DNA of 63,943 bases, the filler included, from Phoronis australis (lineage: Eukaryota; Animalia; Phoronida), in the NCBI GenBank assembly GCA_002633005.1. It is 12 parts of 12 records of this genome, joined end to end, with 100 filler letters (N's around TTAATTAATTAA, not from the genome) between each part and the next. Parts side by side here need not be neighbours in the genome. Positions count along the whole stretch, not along the records: positions 27,375 to 43,205 come from NMRA01000447.1; positions 43,306 to 46,724 come from NMRA01003031.1; positions 46,825 to 49,722 come from NMRA01003337.1; positions 49,823 to 51,684 come from NMRA01001376.1; 8 more parts are not named here. The stretch is one strand, 5' to 3'. The notes beneath the pieces are model-generated. The model was given only the letters and a program-made list of their open reading frames with translations. It did not search any database and was not told where the DNA came from. Position numbers and translations under genes: made by a program. Below are positions 37,500 through 50,436 of this stretch, piece by piece (within the stretch, counting starts at the first letter, position 1; every line of letters starts with the position of its first letter).

Positions 37500-40400
37500 T
37501 ATTGTAGGACAGAATGAACACATTGTCTAATAGGGAAGAGTTTGGTTGCAATTATTAGATCAAAAGAGATCTGCCGAAGGCAACGCTAACCGAGGGTTCT
37601 TGTTGAACAAGCAATCGAGATCTCGTGCAAAACGGGACTGCATTACATTTTTGAAGCTGACCTATTGAATTATCGATATTTTCAAATATGATACCTGTCT
37701 CATCAGACTAGGAAAGGGAAGTGCAGTGAATGAGGATGATGTCAAACTCGGAAGTGAAACACGCCTAGAGCCTATGTAACTGTAACGAAGATATTTTTTG
37801 GTGGGGGAGAAAGCAACTGAGAGGTGGGATAAGCAAGCCAATACAAATGTATCAACCTAACTACATCAGCAAAGGGAACATGAGACGTAGTGTATAACAA
37901 TTCTTCTAATCCATTAAAATATTTAAAAACTGCGATTAACCTAGAATTACAGAAAGCCAAACAATGAAATGTTTGTCTCCAGAGCATCCAAGTGAGCTGG
38001 TTGAACTTATTAGACCCATCAGAATCCACCGAAGGCAGAGCTAACCGGCAAAGAACGCTCTTAGAACAAACTGTCAAGATATCAGTTAAAGCGGATACGT
38101 CTTGTATTTTATTTTTGAACCAGGCCTCATGATTAACTGTTATCTTCAACAGACAGAGCTAGGGAAGTGCAATGAACTACGGGTATGTCGAAAGTGGTTG
38201 TGGTGAGGTTTTGGTGGTAGTGGAGTGGTTCTGCATGGTGGGGGTAGAGTGATGCTACGGTGAGGNATGGTGATGTTGATGGTGAGGTGTTGGATGTGAT
38301 GAAGGTGGAAGCGCTGTCTAATATATCTTCAAGGGAATTGCGCTAGGTCCTCGAAGAAGGGTCAACACTCCCTTCACTGGAAGCTGCCAGCAGAGTGCCT
38401 TTAAACAGTTTATTTGTTTGCGGTGGAACTAAATGGGGAGTTGTAGGGAGAGACCAAGTGAAGGACGTGCTTAGCAATTACAAATTTACAGGAGGCCAAG
38501 CACAGAAACATTTGAAGTTAAGGTTTACTCTTTCAACAAGCAATCGAGATATTACGTTAAACGGGCCTGCATTATGTCTAACGTGGTCGCGACGAGGTTT
38601 GAAGGTAGCGGATTCTCTTTGGTTCTGGTGGGGGAAGGGTGGTGTTACGGTAGAAGGACACGATGAAAATGACAGTGAGGTGGTGGGTGTGGTGAAGGTG
38701 GAGGGAACTGGGTTAGCTCCTCTAGGCAGGGTCGCCACCCCCTTCACTGGAGGCTGCCAGCAGAGTACCTTGAAACAGATTATGTGGTCACGGTAGACCT
38801 ATATTAGGTGTTGTAGGGAGAGACCAAGTGAGTGAGGAACTTAGCAAAATTACAGAAGGACAAATATTGATACATTTCAAATTGAGGTTTACTCTTTGAA
38901 AGAGTATTCTAGATATTTCGTTAAACGGTGCTGCATTTTACATTTGAAGGCATCTTGATTAACTGATATCTTCAACAGACAGGGCTAACCGAGCTAGGAT
39001 ATCTGTCTAATCAGATAAGCAAGGAGAAGTGCAATGAACTAGGAGTACGTCGAAAGTGGTTGTGGTGAGGTTTTGGTGGTAGTGGGGGTTAAGGGAAGAA
39101 GACATATGAATATAAAAGTAAAGTGGTTGGAGTGGCAATGGCGATTATAGTTATGGTGATCGTGGGGATGGCGATGGGGGTGTTACTGGAGTTTCCCAAG
39201 TTCTTCCACTTTCACAAAAACGAATGGTCGTGAAGAGGTAGTTTTGTCTGGGGGGACGTACTGAGGACATGGGTGTTGGAAATGGTGGTGACGCCAATTG
39301 TGGTACTCTGGGCATTGGTTGTGTTTTGTGCATTGGTTGCGCTCTGGCATTTTCTGAATCGCTTCACCATCGCAACTTAGTTTAGGAAATGGTCGGGTGG
39401 AAGTAGTTATGGTAGTGGTGGTGGTGCTACGGGGGGAGGACATGATGATGGCGTGGTGGATGTGAGGACGGCGGACGTGTTCCATATAATTTTAAGGGAA
39501 CGGTGTCAGCTCCTCTAGGAAGGGTCGCTACTCCCTTTCACTGGAGGCTGCCAGTGGAGTACCTGAAAATAGGATTGGTGGTAATGTTAGGCCTTTACTA
39601 AGCGTTGGCATTGGAAGGAGAGACCAAGTGAATGACGTTCTTAGCAAAGCGTTGAAAAGGAAACGGTCTAGTTAAACCAGCAAAATAGAACTTCAAACGT
39701 ATTGAATGTCGATTTTCTATTGATTTGCACTCGCTCGAAAAAAATGTGGAAAACAGAAATTACAGAAAGCAAAACAATGAAATATTTAAATTTCCTGTTT
39801 CAACAAGCAATCGAGATATTACCTTAAACAGCATGGCTTTTATTTTATTTTACTTTTGAAAATATGTGCAACAGACAGGGATAACTGAGCTAGGATATCT
39901 ACCTACTCGGATAAGCAAGGGAAGCACAATGAACAAGGATCATGTCAGAACCTGGACGCGGTGAGGTTTTGGTGGTAGTGGAGTGGTTCTGGTGTAGGTA
40001 GGATGGTGTTACGGGAAGGGGACAGGATGGTGGTGATGGTGGGTGTGGTGAAGGTGGAGGGAATTGGGTTAGCTTCTCTAGGTAGGGTCGCTACTCTCCT
40101 CACTGGAGGCTGCCAGCAGAGTACCTTGAAACGATTTATGTGTTTTCGGTAGTCCTATATAAGATGTTGCAGGCAGAGACCAAGGGAGGGACGCGCTTAA
40201 AAATTAGCAAAATTACAGAAGGACAAATATTGAAACATTTGAAGTTAATGTTTAGTCGTTAGAAAAGTAGTCAGGATAATTCGTTAAACGAGGCTGTCTT
40301 GCATTTTACTTTTGAAGGTTTCTTGATTAACTGATATCTTCAACAGACAGGACTAACCGAGCTAGGATATCTGTCTAATCAGATAAGCAAGGAGAAATGC

Positions 40401-43205
40401 AGTGGACTTGGATTGTGTCAAAAGTCGTTGTGGTGAGGTTATGGTGATAGTGGAGTGGTTCTGGTGGGGGTAGTTGTAGGGTTAAGGGAAGAAGACGTGT
40501 GAATATGAAAATCGTGTGGTTGGAGTGGCAATGGTGATTGTAGTTATGGTGATCAGGGAAAATTTGGATGTGGCGATGGTGGTGATTTGGGTGCTTTCCA
40601 AGTTGTTCCTTTTTCACAAAAACGCCTCGATGGTGGTGTGATGGTCCTGATTATGTAGTTGTGTGTGATGGGGAGGTAGTGAGGAGATTCGTGGTGGAAA
40701 TAGTGGTGACGCAAACGTGGGCATTGGTGGTGTTTTCGGCATTTTTTGTGTTCTGGCATTTGCAGAATCGCCTCACTCTCACAACTTAGTTTAGGATATG
40801 ATGGGGAAGCAGTGGTAGGGATAGAGGTGGTGGTGCTACGGGTGAGGACATGATGGTGGCGTGGTCGATATGAAGAAGGTGGACGTGTTTCATGTAATTT
40901 TAAGGGATCGGTGTCAGCTCCTCTAGGAAGGGTCGCTACTCCCTTTCACTGGAGGCTGCCAGTGGAGTACCTGAAAATAGAATAGGTGGTTATGGTAGGT
41001 CTACACAAAGCGTTGGCATTGGAAGGAGGTCCCAAAAGAATGACGTGTTTAGTGAAGCGGTGCAAATGCATCGGTCTGCTTAGACCAGCAAAAGAGAACG
41101 TCAGACGTATTGAATGTCAATTTTCCATTGATCCGCACTTACTCGAAAAAAGATGTGGAAAACAGAATTTAAGGAAAGCAAAAAAATGAAACATTTAAAT
41201 TTTTGATTTACTGTTTGAACAAGCAATCGAGATGTTACGTTAAACAGGACTGGCATTCATTATACTTTTGAAAATATCTTCAACAGAGAGGGCTAACTGA
41301 GTTAGGATACCTGAAGACTCGGATAAGCAAGGGGACGAACAGTGAACAAGGTCATGTCAAAAGTGGTCGCTGTGAGGTTTTGGTGGTAGTGGAGTGATTC
41401 TGGTGGGAGTAGTGGTGGAGTTACGAGAAAAGGACATGTGAACATAAAAATAGTGTTCTTGGAGTGGCAATCGTGATTGGAGTTATGGTGATCGTGGGAA
41501 TGGCGATGGTGGTGTTTGCGAAGCTTGCAAGTTTTCCCACTTCACAAAAACGTTTTGGCGGTAGTGGTGGGATGGTCGTGGTGATGCAGTTGTGTCTGGA
41601 GGAGATTACTGAGGATATGGGTGTTGGAAATGGTGGTGACACCAATGGTGATACTTTGGGCATTGTTTCTGTTTTGTCCAATGGTTGTGCTGTGGTATTT
41701 CCATAATCCGTTCATAGTCACAACTTATTTTAGAACTGGTCGGGTGGAAGTAGTGAGGGTAGTGGTGGTGGTGCTACGGGGGAGGACATGATGATGGCGT
41801 GGTGGATATTAGGAAGGTGGACTTGTTCCGTATAATTTTAAGGGAACGGTGTCAGCTTCTCTAGGAAGGGTCGCTACTCCCTTTCACTGGAGGCTGCCAG
41901 TGGAGTACCTGAAAATAGAATAGGTTTTTATTTTAGGTCCATACTAAGCGTTGGCGATGGAAGGAGAGCCCAAGTGAATGACGTGCTTAGCAAAGCTTTG
42001 AAAAGGAAATAATCTAGTTAGATCAGCAAAAGGGAACTTTTAACGTATTGAATGTCTATTTTCTATTGATCTGCACTCAATCAAAAAAGATGTGTAACAT
42101 AGAAATTACAGAAAGCCAATCATTGAAACTTTTAAATTTTAGAATTACTGTTTGAACTAGCAATCGAGACGTTACGTTAATTATGACTGGCTTTCATTTT
42201 ACTTTTGAAAATATCTTCAACAGATAGGGATAATTGAGCCAATATATCTGTCTACTCGGATAAGCAAGGGGAAGCACAATGAACTAGGATCATGTCAAAA
42301 GTGGTCGCGGTGAGATTTTGGTAGTAGTGGAGTGGTTCCGGTGGGGGTAGGATGGTGTTACGGGAAGGAGTCATGATGGTGGTGATGGTAAGGTGGTGGG
42401 TGTGATGAAGGTGGAGGGAATTGGGTTAGCTTCTCTAGGTAGGGTCACCACTCCGTTCACTCAAGACTGCCAGCCGTGTACCTTGAAACAATTTATATCG
42501 TCGCGGTAAACCTACATGAGGTGTGGCAGGAAGAGACTACGTGAGGGACGCGCTTAGCAATAAACAAAATTACAGAAGGACCAATACTGAAATATTTGAA
42601 GTTAAGCATTACTCTTTGAACAAGTAGTCGAGATATTTCGTTAAGAGAGGCTGTCTTGCATTTTGCTTTTGAAGGCTTCTTTATTAACTGATATCTTCAA
42701 CAGACAGGGCTAACCGAGCTAGGATATCTGTCTAATCAGATAAGCAAAGAGAAGTGCACTGGGCTTGGATTATCTCAAAAGTGGTTGTGGTGAGGTTTTG
42801 GTGGTAGTGGAGTGGTTCTGGTGGAGGTAGTGGTAGGGCTAAGGGAAGAAGACATGTGAATATAAAAATAGTGTGGTTGGAGTGGCAATGGTGATTGTAG
42901 TTATGGTGATCATGGAAAAGGTGGATGTGGCGATGGCGGTGTTTTGGGTGCATAACAAGTTGTATTTCTTTCACAAAAACGCCTCGATGGTGGTGGGATG
43001 GTCCTGATTATGTGGTTGTGTGTGATGGGGAGGTAGTGAGGAGATTCGTGGTGGAAATAGTGGTGAAGCCAATGTGGGCATTGGTGGTGTTTTGGGCATT
43101 GGCTCTGTTCTGGCTTTTGCTGAACTACCTCACTCTCACAACTTAGTTCAGGTATTGGTGGGATGGCAGTGGTGGGAATAGAGGTGGTGGGGCTACGGGG
43201 GAGGA
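37500..43205 (-). repeat. Complex tandem array of diverged short (~390-480 bp) and long (~900-940 bp) monomers, running off the contig end
   Basis: Anchor ggtgaggttttggtggtagtgg recurs at ~38203, 38594, 39063, 39960, 40432, 41371, 42309, 42789; blocks caagcaatcgagat and ctaggaagggtcgctactccc..cactggaggctgccag recur in step. Confidence 0.9.
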
Positions 43206-43305
43206 NNNNNNNNNNNNNNNNNNNNNNNNNNNNNNNNNNNNNNNNNNNNTTAATTAATTAANNNNNNNNNNNNNNNNNNNNNNNNNNNNNNNNNNNNNNN
43301 NNNNN
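43206..43305. other. Artificial contig spacer
   Basis: N44-TTAATTAATTAA-N44. Confidence 0.97.
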
Positions 43306-43450
43306 CCTTTTTACGCAATCTCAGATTCAGTTGGCGCGGCTGCAAGCCATTTCACCATGTATTTAAAGGGCTCGCGAAATCTAGGCTGTTAATCTATCAC
43401 CACTAGTACACGCACGCCCTCTAGTTATTGAAGATTTTCCGAATAGCCCC

Positions 43451-43634
43451 ATTCGACTAGCCAATCAGAAAAGTCGGTGTAAAAAATTCCAGAGGACAAT
43501 TAAGTGATACCTGCGTGCTGACTACTCGCTGGTTCCGTGCTTGCCGCTAGGTAGTCAGCAGCCAGCACGCATGTGTCACTTAATTTTCTTCGGAAAATTT
43601 TGTTACACCGGCGTTTCTGATTGGCTAGTTGAAT
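43451..43634. repeat. Inverted repeat with ~40-bp arms, MITE-like
   Basis: attcgactagccaatcagaaaagtcggtgtaa / ttacaccggcgtttctgattggctagttgaat. Confidence 0.7.
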
Positions 43635-45851
43635 TCTCAACAGGCAGCGCTTTAAGCAAACAAAATGGCATGACTTATGGACTGAAGTGTAAATGTGGTC
43701 TGTTGAAATTTATGTTCAGGAAACGACGTTTAACCGAAGCTCTCGCAGACCTAGACGGTGCATTCACGATTACTGACGATATCGTGGTGATCGGCTGCCG
43801 TCAAAGTAAATCAGAGGCGCAAATGGGCCATGATATTAAACAGAAACGTTTAGGCCTATATGACGGGTGTGAGCAGCGCCACATTGTTTATAATCCTGAG
43901 AAAACAGATATTGCGAAACCTGAAATACGATTTTACGGACACTTGTTCACTAATCAAGGGATGAAGATGGACGAAAGTAAAATAGACGCAATTTTGAAAA
44001 TGCCAGCTCCGACGGACGTGACCGCTGTGGGCGCCTACGCAGCATGGTTCAATACTTTTGTGATGTGGCAAGTATTCCTAAGTCTTCCGAATCTGCCCGT
44101 GGATTCGGAACCGCTACGAGCTCTTACGAGCAAAGATGCACCGTGGATTTGGTCCAGTGAAAATGACAGGACCCTACAGAAAGTCAAATTAAAGTTGACT
44201 GAAGCCCCCGTGTTGGCTTACTGTGACAAACAAGCAGACTCTTCTGCAGGTGGATTCTAGTAAGGATGGTATCGGACCCGTTCTCCTTCAGTAAGGTCAT
44301 CCCGTGGAATACGCTTCCCGTTCCCTATCTCAGTTCGAACGTAACTGGGCTCAGATTGAAAAGAAAATATTGTCCGTGGTTTTTGGATTAGAACGTTTTG
44401 ATTTGTATGCTTATGGCACCAAAGTGGTAGTGCAGAATAATCACCGGCCCCTTGCGGCTATTTTGAAACGACCGTTGAGCCAGATCCCGAGGCGCCTGCA
44501 GTCTTTGCTAATGAGAATTCATCAGTATGAAATTGAGTTTCAGTTCGTATTAGGAAGTGGCTGGCGGAACCTCGAGTGTAATGAACAGTTCTTGGCGAAC
44601 ATATCTGATACGCGACTACAAGCAGCAGGAGAGGCTACTGAAAGCGACAGGGTCGTCATAATGTTGAAAACGTTCGTTCTCGATGGTTGGACAGACAAAA
44701 ATTGTGTGCCTTGCGAGCTTAAAGCTTATTTCAGCATGCGTGACATACTCTCTTGCGAAGATGGTAAACTCTTGAAAAGAGAAGCAATAGTAATTCCGAG
44801 CATGTTTCGAAACTACATGACTAAACGACTTCACTCTGCGCACATGGGATATAACAGCATGGTGCGTTGTGCTCCATTGCTCATTTACTGGCCCGGAATG
44901 AACAGAGATATCAAGCAGGTAATTGACCCCTGCGCTCCATGCCAGCCCAGCGCCCCAGAAATCAGAAAGAGACGTTAAAGCCAATTCCTGACGGAAACTC
45001 AACGTAGGAGAAAGTATCCAGTGATATTTTTATCTCGACGGACGACAGTTCCTCATTGTAATTGGCTACCACTCAAACTTCATTGAAGTCGAACGATTAC
45101 AAGGCCTCACAAAGGCAAAAGTCATCGCTTGCTTAAAAAAGCAATTTGCGTGTTTCAGCATTCCGGAACTGTTTTTGACTGATCCTGGTTCGCGATTTAC
45201 GAGTTCCGTTCGTTTGCTAAATAATGGGGGAATTGTGCAATTGTTTTCATCTTCGGGCCATCACAGTGCCAACGGGAAAGCCGAAGCAGCCTTTAAGGTT
45301 GCAAAACATCTGATGATTAAAGCTTCAAAAGACGGCAATGATCCTAATCTTGTACTTTTGGAACAGCGCAACGCTCCGCGTGAGGACACGGAATTGCGCC
45401 CAGTTCAAATGATATTCGGTAGATTGACACGCACCACGATACCTCATTTTGAATTTTTAAAGGGACCGCGAGATCCCGCTACCGATGGAAGAGGAAATAC
45501 AAAAATGGAGTGCATGTAGAAGTGTTTTCATCGAAAAATGAAGGACTAATCAGAGCTCATGGTTGGCAACACTGTCTATTTCGAACATAAAGAAGGGCAT
45601 CGATGGATTTTCGGGAAAGTTCTAGAGAAATTATCAGACAGAACGTATGTGGTGGAATCTTCCAGTGGAGGAGTATATCAGGGAAGCCGAGTCCAAATAC
45701 GCCCAACTCGAGAGCCTTTTGGACCGTTACCAGATGTTGAGCTCCCAGATGTAATGCCAAACGTCCCGCAGGAAACCTTCAATATCTTGAGCGATCCGAG
45801 TATACCGACTCAAACGGACTTTTCGAGTGCACGCGAACCAGCGGCGGTCAG

Positions 45852-46252
45852 GGCCCGGTCTCTAACTTTTGTACTCGAAACGAACTCGAAATTATTTTTG
45901 GAAATTTCTCTGCTCCTTTTGTGCAAACTTAAGATAATTGGTTATCAGACTGTGCTTAAATACATTATAGTTTATGCATAGGAGTTTCTAGTTGAAGTTT
46001 GCCCTTGAAGACCCTTATATTCGTGCAACAAACTCGAGTAAAAACTCGAAATTTCGAGTTCAAACTCGAACTTATTGCTTTAATATTGGGTTTACAAACT
46101 ATGAACTAAGGGCAATAAATTATCTACGTAAGTTATTGTGTACTCGAGCATAGAATAATAGACACTTATTTTGAATTCGCCCAAAAGTAGAGTAGAAAAT
46201 GCCAAACCTAATTTTGAGTTCCATTTCGAGTAAAAAGATTGGAGAGCGATCC
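45852..46252. mobile_element. Harbinger-type MITE inserted in the gypsy integrase tail, CAG target-site duplication
   Basis: TIRs ggcccggtctctaacttttgtactcgaaa / tttcgagtaaaaagattggagagcgatcc; CAG at 45849-45851 and 46253-46255; removal restores the AAVRRSERIRRAP frame. Confidence 0.75.
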
Positions 46253-46409
46253 CAGGAGAAGCGAACGAATTCGTCGAGCTCCCATGCATTTAAAGGACTA
46301 TGATACCAAGCGACACTATAGTGTGGCTACTTAGAGGCTATCTGATGTGAATCATTTTCAGTTATATTTCATAAGTCTTGTTATTTTATAATCGGTAGAT
46401 AAGTTACTT

Positions 46410-46422
46410 AAAAGCGGGAGGA
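46410..46422 (+). promoter_or_regulatory. Polypurine tract of the gypsy element
   Basis: aaaagcgggagga immediately before TGTTA. Confidence 0.75.
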
Positions 46423-46570
46423 TGTTAAGTAGTTAGTATTATTGCCGACTACAACGCCTTGTCCGGCGTTGTCTGTTCGTCCCAATATACAGCTTCGACT
46501 ATTTATGCCTGTTGTTTTACCTGTTGATTGATTACGAATCAACGTCATCAGATCACAGCTTACAGTAACA
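46423..46570 (+). repeat. 3' LTR, 148 bp, TGTTA...TAACA
   Basis: Follows the PPT and has 5-bp inverted termini; no partner LTR is present in the contig. Confidence 0.7.
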
Positions 46571-46724
46571 CTGCCCCAAGTGCAGGTAACATTAGACTAT
46601 AAGTGGTGCCGACACGTAATGAGGCAAGTGAGCGTAAATGTAGTGCACACGGGAAAAAATGAGTCAGCGTGAAATTTTTTTGTTGTCAGGTTGTGATACA
46701 ATGATTGATTTTGGCTACTGGAAG

Positions 46725-46824
46725 NNNNNNNNNNNNNNNNNNNNNNNNNNNNNNNNNNNNNNNNNNNNTTAATTAATTAANNNNNNNNNNNNNNNNNNNN
46801 NNNNNNNNNNNNNNNNNNNNNNNN
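46725..46824. other. Artificial contig spacer
   Basis: N44-TTAATTAATTAA-N44. Confidence 0.97.
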
Positions 46825-47098
46825 CCCGCCAAATCGTTATCTCACTAGTGAGATAACTTTATGGGTTATTACACGGTTGTATCTGCCATTTGACGCTAAT
46901 GTCGTGGTATAAAATGATATATCTTTATCAGTTTTGTGGGACCAAATGTTTAAGTGATAAAAAAGCTGTCCTTACAATTCCTCAATATTTTATCAGCAGT
47001 AGTCGGACTACTCCCAACTTTAATATTTTCAACTTTTATTTGAATGACTATCAGCATTAAGACTAAATGTTGCACATAAAGTTTTCGAACCCCTACAG

Positions 47099-47227
47099 GT
47101 GGAATTAAAGTGACCGGTGGCTGCATGGAGTGGTCTAAGCCGTCAGAGTTCAAGCAGTGCAGTGTGCCCTGTGGTCAAGATGGCAAGTGTGTGGATGGTA
47201 TCTGTCAGTGTCGGACTGATTATGAAG
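47099..47227 (+). CDS. EGF-like domain exon of an extracellular protein
   Basis: ccctacag acceptor and gtgagg donor, 129 nt, phase 1-1; GGIKVTGGCMEWSKPSEFKQCSVPCGQDGKCVDGICQCRTDYE(G). This frame is not in the ORF track. Confidence 0.8.
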
Positions 47228-47788
47228 GTGAGGCTTGGCTACATGTTGCGACTTGACACCAGATGTCTCTGGAGACCAGTACTTTTCACACATTTCCTCA
47301 GTTTCAGATCACGCAAGTACTGACCTCAGTTGACATTCAACATTTTATGTTTCATGAAGGCTTTTAAAACTTTCTCATTTAGTGTAGTAGCATTAATTAT
47401 AATCAGTTGTGATTATTGACTTCTTGTACGAATTCTCCATTTGATGCTTGACAATGAGGTGTTGTGTCCAAACTACAAATATTGCTGCATGTTTGGAACA
47501 AGCGCGCTTTCAAACCCTACTCCTGCTAACCACGGGCTTATCCGGTTTCAACATTCCAGTCAGTCTGGCTAATACCGGGCGTCTCCGGCTGACCAGCATT
47601 CACCTAAGTAGGTCAAACTCAATTAAAAAATAACTGCCAATCAGAAAATTTAAAAGGGTCTAGTTAGGCTGGGTTGCTTCAGATAAGGCATAAGGTTCCA
47701 AGTATTCATGAAAGACTGTTAGTGATTGGCTAATTGAGCAATATTGGTCTGGGATTCCATATTGAGCATGGGATTTTCCAGTCTCACT

Positions 47789-48260
47789 CAGGGCTTGGAA
47801 TTTTCCGCGGAAACGCGGATTTCCGCTTTTTTCAAATGTGCTTTCCGCTTTTTTTATAATATTTCCGCGTAAAAAAATCGGATTTGATATAAAATTTCCG
47901 CGGCAAATTCCTTTCTTACCGCGGCGTTGCAGACGACGTTCACCTCGAAAAGCGGAAGTTGCTCTTTATGTTTCGGAGGAACGTAAATTGTCAACATTGC
48001 CGGGGCATCTGGGACAGCGTGGTGGGATTTTCAATGGCGTCTCGTGTTATTGTTAAGCGCGGCGACAAATACTACCGCTCTGCAGCCAAAAATGTGTGGG
48101 TTGGGAGTGGACGGGCGAGCTAAAAGGACGCAGANGTCCTCCCGATTTTTGTCGGGGAAAGGTTAACATTGACCATTTCAAGGCTGGTTATCGGGCATGA
48201 TTTGGGCCGTAAAAGTTTCAAAGTTTCCGCGTTTTTTGTCACTGGTCATTCCAAGCCCTG
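47789..48260. mobile_element. hAT-like MITE in an intron
   Basis: Perfect 13-bp TIR CAGGGCTTGGAAT / ATTCCAAGCCCTG; ctcact on both flanks; subterminal ttccgc repeats. Confidence 0.85.
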
Positions 48261-48593
48261 CTCACTGCACACTGGTAACTTATCTTGATTTACCTGTGGT
48301 TCTGAGGCCTCTTGTTTGAAATGAACACTTGATAATGAATTCAGAATACTTCTACCCTAACTTGTTTTAACTGACTTATGGTCATATGTGTTGGTTATTT
48401 GTGTTTATTTGCATGAGATGAGAATATTGAAAACTGTTGTATTTTACACCATTACCTGTGTTCCATTGGTCATCAGCAGCATATATCATAATTATCTTCC
48501 TGATTAATATGATAGAGATGAAGCTGATTTTATGAGCTTCACAATGATGTATAATACATGGTATGTAAATCAAACTGGTTTGTTTGTTTACAG

Positions 48594-48716
48594 GTGATGG
48601 CTTCAACTGTTTTCCTAAGTACGGCTGTCGCTCCAATCAACACTGTGTCATTAACAACACCTATTGTGATCAAAAGACATCCACGTGCTTGTGTAGAAAG
48701 GGCGTCTTACTAAATG
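48594..48716 (+). CDS. EGF end plus EB-like Cys module exon, same gene as 47099-47227
   Basis: gtttacag acceptor and gtaata donor, 123 nt, phase 1-1; GDGFNCFPKYGCRSNQHCVINNTYCDQKTSTCLCRKG; completes CQC..YEGDGFNC. Confidence 0.82.
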
Positions 48717-49414
48717 GTAATATTTTCTTTATGTTGTTTGTGTTTCTTGCTGTTGGTCTTATTGTTTACCAGCTTTACGCCTCAATTTCCTGTTATTCCA
48801 AAATTTATTATTTTCAAATTGTTGAAAATGAACCAAAAAATTGTCATGGAAATGAGTATTGTTATGCCAGGGTTGCCATGGTTTCAGTTCTGACAAAGGT
48901 TGTACCATTACCAACAAGAAGTATAATGAAAGAAATCCAAAATGTCGCACCCATCAACGCGACATGCTTCTTGGGCTTAAAGTGTCATTGAACTCATCCT
49001 TTCTGTTGAAAAAACAAGTTGGTGTTAGTTCAATCAACTTGGTATAAGTTTTGATTGAAGTGTCTACTCCCCTGGTACCACGCACATCTATTCTGTTGTA
49101 CTGAAGAAGATATGGACAACCCTTCAACCACGTCATTCTGGGAATTTTCTGTTCACTTTCACCAGCTCACTCAGACCTTTGATTGCTGGTCAGAATGAGG
49201 CAACAAGTTTCATAATTTGCATGGAACTCACATTCTGTGATATCATTTGCTAGTACAGTAATGGGTCAAGTATGAGTCATAGCACCGGTTTGTGTTTTGA
49301 CTGGGGCACCACATCATATTAATTTGGTGTATTTTGACTGGGGCACCACGCCATATTACTTTGTTGTATTTTCCAAACACGACAAATGTTGCAGTTATGT
49401 AAGACATTGATAAA

Positions 49415-49520
49415 ATACAGGTCATGTGACAAAATACAGGTCACATGACAACATGCAGGTCACGTGACAACATGCAGGTCTTGTGGCAAAATACAGGTCA
49501 CATGACTACAATCATACAGG
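49415..49520. repeat. ~20-bp tandem repeat (acaggtcacatgacaa..)
   Basis: About five degenerate copies. Confidence 0.75.
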
Positions 49521-49722
49521 CTTTATTGCTGGACACTTCGTATGTTTCTCTGCTCACCAAAGATTTTTTAAAATAATTATGTAGTTTAATAGTTAGAAAG
49601 TGGCATTCTAGATAATATTTTAAGAAACTTGACAATGAAGATAGCACTTCTATGACTAGTTTGTTCTTTTCCTGCTGTTTTGTCATTGTCTCCTGAGAGG
49701 AGCCTGGTACAGTGTGTGTCGT

Positions 49723-49822
49723 NNNNNNNNNNNNNNNNNNNNNNNNNNNNNNNNNNNNNNNNNNNNTTAATTAATTAANNNNNNNNNNNNNNNNNNNNNN
49801 NNNNNNNNNNNNNNNNNNNNNN
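49723..49822. other. Artificial contig spacer
   Basis: N44-TTAATTAATTAA-N44. Confidence 0.97.
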
Positions 49823-50436
49823 AAAAAAATAAAACAGTAAGAGCGTAGGGAAATGGTGAGTTTATTAATTAACCCCGGCAATTAAAATTATACGGATGAA
49901 AAAAGATTTAATTGTGTGCAGTTTTAGTGTTGGGGGGGGGGCTCAAATCCAATTTCAAGTGTCAAATTCGGAACACGGCGCGTTCGTAACGGAACTATGG
50001 CTAAGTATAGAATCTCCCGCGATGTCCTAGGCGACCGGCAGCGGCCTGTGTACTACGACTTCGTTTCCGTAGTCTGCTCCACTGTGCAATGAAGAAAATT
50101 TACTTCATTTTTTAAAGAAAATGGAACCTGAGTGACGATGAAAAAACAGAAACTGCTGGTAAGATGTGAATCTCTCAGAAACTCGCAATACTCTCTTTGT
50201 CAAACCTTATCTTAAGACGGTTTCCAAAGCAATCCCGTCATTATTGCCAACACGAAAAATGGATTTGGTCTTTTGGGCATTTGAAGACTATTTCAAATAC
50301 GACAAATATGTTAAGAATTGATGGCACAAAATATAAAACGTGTAATAAGCATTACAGAAAGAAGTACATGTAGGTTTCGCGCTAAAACGCTGTGGCCCAT
50401 AAACAAGTAAGTCTTTTAGTATGACAGTTGTAGTTA

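Larger units (their letters stand above)
43710..46570 (+). mobile_element. Ty3/gypsy LTR retrotransposon, 5'-truncated and degenerate (RT end, RNase H, integrase, PPT, 3' LTR)
   Basis: ITDDIVVIG (RT); DSSKDG...VEYASRSL..ERNWAQIEK (RNase H); LHSAHMG..YWPGMNRDI..CAPCQ (integrase Zn finger); TDPG..FTS, SANGKAE (core); RRSERIRRAPMHLKDY tail; multiple stops and frameshifts. Confidence 0.92.

Noticed and set aside
39151-43146. His/Thr/Pro-rich ORFs in the array as intact genes
   Set aside because: Frames and stops differ between homologous monomers; reported only as an array.
46836-46857. Perfect 22-bp palindrome gttatctcactagtgagataac
   Set aside because: At a contig edge and probably part of a truncated transposon end; no context to interpret it.
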